From: Chlamydiota bacterium | Lineage (GTDB): Bacteria > Auribacterota > Tritonobacteria > UBA1439 | Assembly: GCA_037133055.1 (NCBI GenBank) | Contig: JBAXOY010000082.1 | Coordinates: forward strand, 1 to 14,360 | Reading direction: 5' to 3' | DNA: 14,360 bases | Part shown: positions 8,323 to 14,360 of the stretch, piece by piece | How the letters are laid out: the number at the start of each line of letters is the position of its first letter | How positions within the stretch are numbered: position 1 is the stretch's first letter | Translations under genes and position numbers: made by a program | The notes under the pieces: generated by a model | What the model saw: the letters and a program-made list of their open reading frames with translations, nothing else | What the model was told of the DNA's origin: nothing | Databases searched by the model: none

Positions 8323-8553
8323 CACGCAGATGGACGCAGATCGCAAGGATGAACGCAGATGGGGAAACGGCATATAGTTCAAAGAAGGAATGGGACGCGG
8401 ATTTGCGCGGATGAACGCGGATTCAAAAGGAAGCGAAGTGTTTTTTGCCACGGATTTGCACGGATTCTCACGGATTTGATTTCGTTTGTTTGCAATATCC
8501 GTGACTGAACCGTTGTCGCGTCTCGCGGCTTGAACCGTTTGAACTGTTTGAAC
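8323..8553 (+). repeat. Four clusters of phased short direct repeats
   Basis: ACGCAGAT cluster (GAT ends 8331, 8341, 8350, 8360), RCGCGGAT x3 (8395, 8405, 8415), NCACGGAT x3 (8448, 8458, 8468), inverted ATCCGTGA 8497-8504, TTGAAC x3 (8530, 8539, 8548). Confidence 0.8.
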
Positions 8554-8581
8554 AAAAGTTGTTACCCCGGGGGGTACTTCC

Positions 8582-9493
8582 ATGGCAAAGCGCGTTTCGA
8601 AAGAGCGGAAGCAGGTCAAACCCGCTGTGATCACCGCGGAGCTGATAAAGGCGGCCCTCTCCATCGCACGGAAGGCTTCCGCGAAGGCGCTCTTCGTCTA
8701 CGGGGACGTCCGGCTTGACCTGGAGACGCTTCGCGCAATCCCCCAGCCGTACAAGATCATCCTGCTCTCGGCCTATCCCGAACTGGTGGCGCGCGGCCGG
8801 GAGATGTTCGGCCACGCGCTCCAGCTCCCCTCGGCGAACCTGTCGCGCATCGCCCAGTTCACCGTCAGCGTCATCATGGCGATCTCCGGCAAGATCATAA
8901 GCCCCAAGGACAAGATCGTTTTCCTGTCGGGGGCGCCGGAAAAGGATTCGCTCGACGTCCTCGCGGTCATCGACGTGGGGCACGAGTTCTCTCTCCTCGC
9001 CTCGCCCGAGATGGCCCAGTTCGCCAACGAAGTGGATCACACCGTCTTCGACCAGCTCATGCGCATCGCCATCGAGATCGCGAACGAGGGGCGCGAGGGG
9101 CACGCGGTGGGGACGATCTTCGTGCTCGGCGACACGCGCGAGGTGCTGAAGCACGTGGAGCAGATGATCATCAACCCGTTCAAGGGGCACTCCGAGGAGA
9201 GCCGCCAGATCCTCAACCCGGGGGTGCAGGAGACGATCAAGGAGCTCGCCCAGCTCGACGGGGCGTTCATTGTCCGGCCGAACGGGGTCGTAGAGACCGC
9301 CGGCGCCTACATCTCCGCGCAGATGGTCCCCGCCGCCCTGCCTCAGGGGCTCGGGTCCCGCCACTACAGCGCCGCCGCCATCACCGCCGCTACGCGCGCC
9401 GTTGCCATCGCCATCTCCCAGTCCACGGGGGACATCTACATCTTCAAGGGAGGCCAGGTCGTCACCTGCATCGAGAAGAACCCGGGTAAATGA
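8582..9493 (+). CDS. dacZ: Diadenylate cyclase, DacZ/CdaZ-type (N-terminal PK_C-like domain plus DisA_N/DAC)
   Basis: C-terminal DAC motifs EGREGHAVGTIFVLGD, IKELAQLDGAF, GLGSRHYSAAAIT, ISQSTG; no TM segment, no DisA HhH tail. Confidence 0.85.
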   Translation: MAKRVSKERKQVKPAVITAELIKAALSIARKASAKALFVYGDVRLDLETLRAIPQPYKIILLSAYPELVARGREMFGHALQLPSANLSRIAQFTVSVIMAISGKIISPKDKIVFLSGAPEKDSLDVLAVIDVGHEFSLLASPEMAQFANEVDHTVFDQLMRIAIEIANEGREGHAVGTIFVLGDTREVLKHVEQMIINPFKGHSEESRQILNPGVQETIKELAQLDGAFIVRPNGVVETAGAYISAQMVPAALPQGLGSRHYSAAAITAATRAVAIAISQSTGDIYIFKGGQVVTCIEKNPGK

Positions 9494-9495
9494 TT

Positions 9496-9561
9496 CGTGT
9501 GCGCGTGTATGCGTAAGGGCGTGTGCGCGCAAAGGAATGTGACGGCGTGCGGGCGTACATA
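9496..9561 (+). repeat. Degenerate 8-bp period repeat
   Basis: cgtgtgcg cgtgtatg cgtaaggg cgtgtgcg cgcaaagg ... cgtgcggg cgtacata. Confidence 0.5.
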
Positions 9562-9574
9562 CTTTCTAGCCTTT

Positions 9575-9644
9575 GTAGGGCAGGCTTCAGCCTGCCCGGT
9601 CCTCCCCCCCCATCCCGTAGGGCGGGCTTAAGTGCGCCCTACGG
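9575..9644 (+). repeat. Two GTAG-type REP-like palindromes
   Basis: GTAGGGCAGGC-TTCA-GCCTGCCC (9575-9597) and CCGTAGGGCG-ggcttaagtg-CGCCCTACGG (9615-9644). Confidence 0.75.
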
Positions 9645-9678
9645 TGAGGGTGGGGACACGGGGTGCGGTCCATACCTG

Positions 9679-9707
9679 TTGAGCACCATCTCCGGCGGTG
9701 CTATACT
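9679..9707 (+). promoter_or_regulatory. Putative sigma70 promoter
   Basis: TTGAGC (9679-9684), 17 nt, TATACT (9702-9707) with extended TGn. Confidence 0.65.
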
Positions 9708-9747
9708 GTAATCTTGATCAAGTTCCCCTGACATCGGAGGCATTAAG

Positions 9748-11892
9748 ATGAAGTCCCTGCGGCTGATGATACTCCTCGTTGCGGAGATACTGTGGCTCGG
9801 CGGCACGGTCTGGGCGCAGACCGAAACACCCACGATTACTCCTACGCCCACGACTACTCCGACACCGACCGGTGCGACGGTTTCAGGTTCAATAACCTAC
9901 ACCGGCTGGATCAGCGGAACATACACGGCGCATGTAGACATATCAAATTCAGGGACTCCAACCCCCGTATGGAGTTCGTCATCAGTGAAGTCGGAACTCT
10001 CTTCAGGAAAACCCTGGTCGGAGACAGTGGCAAACGGGACATATTATTTCCAAGCCTATTGGGATGTTGATGGTACCGGCTCCTTTGATAATTGCGACCC
10101 AGGGGATTATCTTGGCCCGATCATCGTAAACGGTGCGGCCGTCTTGGGTATAAATTTTGGTCTTACTGACCCGTGTACCCCGACGCCGACCCAGACCCCG
10201 ACCATCACGCCCACACCAACGCAGACGCCCACGATAACCCCGACTCCGACCTCGACGCCCACCATCACCCCGACACCCACGATTACCCCCACGCCCACAA
10301 TCACACCCACCCCGCTTCCGTGGCCGATGTTTCACTACAATTCGGCCCATACGGGCCTGAGCCCCTACATCGGCCCGCTACTTCCCATGCTCGATTGGTC
10401 ATGCAACGCCGGGCAATCGGTCAGTTCCTCCCCGGCAATCGGCGCGACGGGAACCGTATATATCGGTTCGGCAGACAATAATCTCCTGGCGCTCAATTCC
10501 AACGGTACGCTGCAGTGGAGCATCACAACCGGAGGGGGTGTCTCTTCGTCGCCGCTGATCACCAGCGATGGGAGAGTCTACATCGGGTCTCAGGATAATG
10601 TGTTTTATGCGGCTAATTCAACCGGCTCTCCGGTATGGTCATTTGTGACCGGCGCCGATATAGTCTCTTCTCCCTCTCTTGCGACCGACGGGTCGGTTTA
10701 TTTCGGGTCGTACGATACCACGCTGTATGCGCTGAACCCCGATGGCTCGCTCAAGTGGACGTATACGACCGGGGGCGAAATATACTCCTCGCCAGCCGTC
10801 GGGACCGACGGGAAGGTCGCGGTCGGGTCCCGCGACGACCGGGTGTATCTTCTCAACTCGAACGGCTCGCTCAAGTGGACCTATAGGACGGGCGCCGCCG
10901 TCTCGTCGTCTCCGGCCATCGGGACGGACGGGAGCGTGTATATCGGCTCGGACGACCTCTACCTCTACCGCATCAACTCGAACGGGACGCTGCCCTGGAG
11001 CTTCCGCACCGGGGGGAATATCCGTTCATGCCCTGCGATCGGAACGGACGGGAAGATATACGTGGGGTCGTACACGTCTCTCTATTCCCTCAACTCGAAC
11101 GGCACGCTCGCCTGGACATTCGGGACCGGTGGGGAGATTCTCTCCTCTCCCGAGCTCGACGCCTCGGGACGGGTCTACTTCGGGTCGAACGACAGCACCT
11201 TCTACATTCTCGAATCGTCCGGCTCTCTCTTCTGGAGCATCGCGACGGGCGGCGCGGTGGAATCCTCGCCGGGCCTCTCGTCCGACGGCAGGGTGTTCTT
11301 CGGCTCCGGGGACAGCAAGGTGTATGCCGTGGACTCGGCGCTGACCCCCACGCCCACGCCGACGCCCACCGGAACCCCCGAAGTGCACTACGTCGAGATC
11401 GAGGTGCTCCCGAACCAGGGAAAGACGGTATATCAGCCGGGCGACAAGGTTGTCCTCGCGTGGAAGGTGTTCATCGAGGACTACGGATACCAGGGCGTCC
11501 CCGTGGATATCTACGTTGCGGCGATGGTGGATCCGCCCTGTACTCCTCCCCCCACTCCCACTCCTCCCGCGTCGGGCGGGTCGACCTCCTGCAAGGAGAC
11601 GGTTCCGACAATTGAAGAAAAGGCCGCCGCATCTGCCGGCGTGTATATCTTCAACAACACATTGAAACCCGAGCTGTATGTCCCCGGCATGACTCCTCCG
11701 AAGGCCTTTGAGAACGTGGTCTTCCCGCTCTCCGGGAACATCGTGCTCGGGTCGCTCGTCTTCACCGTGCCCAAGGTGGGGGGAGATCCGACGACCTGGG
11801 CCTTCGCCGCGGCGTTCCTGAACAAGGAGACGTACGACTGGGTGTACCAGCCGGAGGTCATCATCTCGAATACGTTCGTGCTGACGCCGTAA
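9748..11892 (+). CDS. Secreted PQQ-like/BamB-like 8-bladed beta-propeller protein with Pro/Thr linkers and extra N- and C-terminal beta domains
   Basis: GGAGG RBS, signal peptide ending VWA-Q, small domain with YWDVDGTGSFD, PT linkers, WPMFHYNSAHTG, eight ~40-aa SSP..G.VY.GS.D..LYALN..G.L.W repeats, C-terminal domain. Confidence 0.88.
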   Translation: MKSLRLMILLVAEILWLGGTVWAQTETPTITPTPTTTPTPTGATVSGSITYTGWISGTYTAHVDISNSGTPTPVWSSSSVKSELSSGKPWSETVANGTYYFQAYWDVDGTGSFDNCDPGDYLGPIIVNGAAVLGINFGLTDPCTPTPTQTPTITPTPTQTPTITPTPTSTPTITPTPTITPTPTITPTPLPWPMFHYNSAHTGLSPYIGPLLPMLDWSCNAGQSVSSSPAIGATGTVYIGSADNNLLALNSNGTLQWSITTGGGVSSSPLITSDGRVYIGSQDNVFYAANSTGSPVWSFVTGADIVSSPSLATDGSVYFGSYDTTLYALNPDGSLKWTYTTGGEIYSSPAVGTDGKVAVGSRDDRVYLLNSNGSLKWTYRTGAAVSSSPAIGTDGSVYIGSDDLYLYRINSNGTLPWSFRTGGNIRSCPAIGTDGKIYVGSYTSLYSLNSNGTLAWTFGTGGEILSSPELDASGRVYFGSNDSTFYILESSGSLFWSIATGGAVESSPGLSSDGRVFFGSGDSKVYAVDSALTPTPTPTPTGTPEVHYVEIEVLPNQGKTVYQPGDKVVLAWKVFIEDYGYQGVPVDIYVAAMVDPPCTPPPTPTPPASGGSTSCKETVPTIEEKAAASAGVYIFNNTLKPELYVPGMTPPKAFENVVFPLSGNIVLGSLVFTVPKVGGDPTTWAFAAAFLNKETYDWVYQPEVIISNTFVLTP
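10177..10320 (+). repeat. Intragenic tandem repeat encoding (TPTxTP)n linker
   Basis: Translation TPTPTQTPTITPTPTQTPTITPTPTSTPTITPTPTITPTPTITPTPLP with synonymous divergence. Confidence 0.85.
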
Positions 11893-11898
11893 ATTAAT

Positions 11899-11955
11899 CC
11901 GTAGGGCGGGCTTCAGCCCGTCCGTGGACGGTCGAGGCGGTGCCCCGCCCCACGG
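11899..11955 (+). repeat. REP pair (REPIN/BIME-like)
   Basis: CCGTAGGGCGGGC-TTCA-GCCCGTCC (11899-11923) followed by an inverted degenerate copy (reverse complement CCGTGGGGCGGGGCACCGCCTCGACC) ending at 11955. Confidence 0.7.
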
Positions 11956-12278
11956 TAAAGCGACATCCCGCTATATCACGCCTTCTCGGGGCGGGGCATG
12001 GATCGGCGGGCGCACGCAGACGAGCACGAAATTCCCCGCAGAGGTCGAGCGCAGGCATGGGAGATCACGAGTGTTCGATACTACAACAAAACTGTTGTGT
12101 ATCATACTCGCAATAATTATGAATCGGATTTGAGTCAATAGTGAAATGACGGCAAGGTCCAGGATTATCGGCCGGTGTCCAGAAATATTCTGTCCAGGAA
12201 TATTCTGGTGCAATTCATTCATCCCTCCGCTACAATAAGTCCCGGGCGCAGCACCATCTCCAACCCCCGGAGGCCGCC

Positions 12279-13808
12279 ATGAGACGCATTCTCGCCCCGC
12301 TGATCGTCCTCTCTCTCGCGCTGCTCTTCGCCGGCGCATCGTCCGCCCAATTGGCATCATCGGCGTGGCCGATGTTCAGGCACGACAAGTTTCACACCGG
12401 CAGCAGCGATGAGCATGCCGGTCCCGTGAATCCCATGCTCGTCTGGAGCTATGTGACGGGCTTTGATGTGAGATCCTCACCCGCGATCGGAAGTGATGGG
12501 AGCGTGTACGCCGGTTCCAGGGACAACAGGCTGTATGTCCTCGACTCGGGCGGGATCCTTGAGTGGAGCTACAATACCGGGTTCAATATTTATGATTCGT
12601 CCCCCGCCCTTGGCGCAGACGGCAGGATTTACGTGGGCGCTATGCATCCCTCGGGAGGCTCTCCCCTGTGTGTCTTCACTTCCGTAGGGACAGTTGCGTG
12701 GAGTTATTTCACGGGCGAGATGATCATGTCCTCCCCCGTGATCGGAACTGAAGGCGGAATCTCATTTTCGTCGCACGATAATACATTGTATGCCCTCTAC
12801 TCCAGCGGTTCGCTCTTCTGGAGTTACAGGTGCGGGAGCGACTATTCTTCGCCTGCGCTGGCCCTCAATGGCGTGAGATACGTGGGGTCTGGGGACAACC
12901 GTGCATACGCTATTTCCAATGACGGCACATTGAAGTGGAGCTATCTCACCGGCGGCCCAGTTGCGTCCTCACCCACAGTGACGAGCGGGTGGCGGTGCTA
13001 CGTGGGGTCGTATGACGGGAGATTTTACGCGCTCGGGCCGGATGGTTCGTTTCTCTGGAGCTATCGAACCGCGGCGGTCGACTTCGGGATCTACTCTTCC
13101 GCCGCACTGGGGACGGATGGGAGTGTCTGCTTCGGCGCGAAAGACAACTACTTCTACTCCCTCACGTCAAACGGATCGTTCCTGTGGAGTTATGCGACCG
13201 GGCAAGACGTGTATTCCTCCCCCGCGCTGGACAGCACGGGCGGTGTGTACGTTGGCTCCAATGATAACGTGCTGTATGCCTTTTCGTCCCACGGGACGCT
13301 CCTGTGGAGCTATCTGACCGGCGATGAAATTCATTCCTCCCCCGCGCTGATGGGTGATGGGAAAGTCTGTGCAGGGTCGGGTGACAATGTGTTGTATTGC
13401 ATCGGGCAGGTCCCGACCCCGACGCCTACACCGCTTGTGGACGTGGTTGTGAGCAGCAACTCCCCCGCGATCGGGGAGCGGTTCACGGTGGACGCGACGG
13501 CGCAGCCGGTGTCGCAGGCGTTCGACGCGTGGGGGGTGATCTTCGGCCCGGGCGGGGCGGTCTATTCGTTCGACCTCGCGAACCCGGCGAACATCGTCAC
13601 GGGTGCGGTGCCGCTCGCGACGAGCGTTCCAGGGCTGACGGCGCCGTACCCGGCACACCTGCTCGATCTGGCGATACCGCCGAGGACGGCGGGGAGTTAT
13701 CAGGTGATCGTGGGGCTGGTGCCCGCGGGCGTGGCGCCGACGGGCCCGGAGAGCGCCATCGGCGGCGCGAACGGATACGTGGGCCAGGAGAATGTGACGG
13801 TGCGTTGA
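12279..13808 (+). CDS. Secreted PQQ-like 8-bladed beta-propeller protein with C-terminal beta domain
   Basis: GGAGG RBS, signal peptide ending SSA-Q, WPMFRHDKFHTG, eight SSPAL-type blades, PTPTPTP linker, ~123-aa C-terminal domain. Confidence 0.88.
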   Translation: MRRILAPLIVLSLALLFAGASSAQLASSAWPMFRHDKFHTGSSDEHAGPVNPMLVWSYVTGFDVRSSPAIGSDGSVYAGSRDNRLYVLDSGGILEWSYNTGFNIYDSSPALGADGRIYVGAMHPSGGSPLCVFTSVGTVAWSYFTGEMIMSSPVIGTEGGISFSSHDNTLYALYSSGSLFWSYRCGSDYSSPALALNGVRYVGSGDNRAYAISNDGTLKWSYLTGGPVASSPTVTSGWRCYVGSYDGRFYALGPDGSFLWSYRTAAVDFGIYSSAALGTDGSVCFGAKDNYFYSLTSNGSFLWSYATGQDVYSSPALDSTGGVYVGSNDNVLYAFSSHGTLLWSYLTGDEIHSSPALMGDGKVCAGSGDNVLYCIGQVPTPTPTPLVDVVVSSNSPAIGERFTVDATAQPVSQAFDAWGVIFGPGGAVYSFDLANPANIVTGAVPLATSVPGLTAPYPAHLLDLAIPPRTAGSYQVIVGLVPAGVAPTGPESAIGGANGYVGQENVTVR

Positions 13809-13907
13809 GGTATGGATGCGGTTGATGGCACGTGATTTCTTTTCCGATTATTGCTTGCCTGGCGCGCGGTATCTTGCTATCACTTGACAGCGGAAAAAGG
13901 GTTGGAG

Positions 13908-14360
13908 ATGCCGACGAAAATCAAGAGCACGACCGCGGTCCTCGTGATGGATATGCTCAATGATTTCGTCCTCAAGGGGGCGCCTCTCGAGGTGTCCCGC
14001 GCGAGGCGGATCGTGGGGAATATCAGGAAGAGGCTCGCCCGGGCGGCGCGCGACCGCGTGCCCATCATCTACGTCTGCGACAGGCACCGCAAGGACGACC
14101 CGGAATTCGGCGTGTGGCCCAAGCACGCCGTCAACGGCTCCCATGGGTCGGAGATCATCGCCGACCTTAAGCCGCGGAGCCGCGACTACATCGTCGACAA
14201 GGTCACCTACTCGGCTTTTTTCCGCACGAAGCTCGAGAAGCTTCTCAAGAAGCTCGGGACCAAGAGGATCGTCCTCACCGGAGTTTGCACGGAGATCGGC
14301 GTGCTCTACACCGCGGCGGACGCGTTCATGCGCGGTTTCCAGGTGGAGGTTCCCGAGGAG
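13908..14360 (+). CDS. Isochorismatase/nicotinamidase-family hydrolase (runs off window end)
   Basis: Not in the ORF track. ATG 13908; MPTKIKSTTAVLVMDMLNDFV...IIYVCDRHRKDDPEFGVWPKHAV...IVDKVTYSAFFRT...IVLTGVCTEIGVLYTAADAFMRGF. Confidence 0.9.
   Translation, partial: MPTKIKSTTAVLVMDMLNDFVLKGAPLEVSRARRIVGNIRKRLARAARDRVPIIYVCDRHRKDDPEFGVWPKHAVNGSHGSEIIADLKPRSRDYIVDKVTYSAFFRTKLEKLLKKLGTKRIVLTGVCTEIGVLYTAADAFMRGFQVEVPEE

Noticed and set aside
8323..8553. CRISPR array
   Set aside because: Units are 8-10 bp, clusters are not identical to one another, and no cas genes are present.
3802..9532. Long antisense ORFs (3802-5334, 5387-6493, 7711-8664, 8468-9532) and similar ORFs 176-574, 702-1397, 1369-2073
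   Set aside because: Shadow frames of well-supported genes in high-GC DNA, without recognisable motifs.
11971..12360. Small ORFs 11924-12133 and 11971-12360
   Set aside because: No convincing RBS or motifs; they overlap REP, hairpin and promoter DNA.
9748..13808. PQQ-dependent dehydrogenases or true BamB
   Set aside because: Regular short blades without the catalytic insertions of quinoproteins, no lipobox, extra linkers and domains.

Overview
GC-rich bacterial chromosomal window with no rRNA, tRNA, CRISPR array or transposase detected. Minus strand (1-2391): a 5' fragment of a probable COG1665-like nucleotidyltransferase, a K+-channel-family protein, and a lipoprotein gene whose frame is interrupted by one in-frame TAG. 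Plus strand: two adjacent secreted proteins (an uncharacterised 'ADDW..WWG' domain protein and a papain-like C1 peptidase) that share a ~390-bp almost identical 3' cassette (C-terminal domain plus downstream DNA, each followed by a related terminator), ETF-ubiquinone oxidoreductase, class A DnaJ, a DacZ/CdaZ-type diadenylate cyclase, two secreted PQQ-like 8-bladed beta-propeller proteins with Pro/Thr linkers, and a truncated isochorismatase/nicotinamidase-family hydrolase with Gly at the catalytic Cys position. All four signal-peptide proteins end in a ~120-170 aa beta-rich C-terminal domain that looks related by eye, suggesting an undescribed sorting/anchoring module with swappable N-terminal cargo. 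Intergenic DNA carries GTAG-type REP hairpins and several short phased (8-10 bp period) repeat arrays. All assignments come from motif reading by eye; no searches were run.
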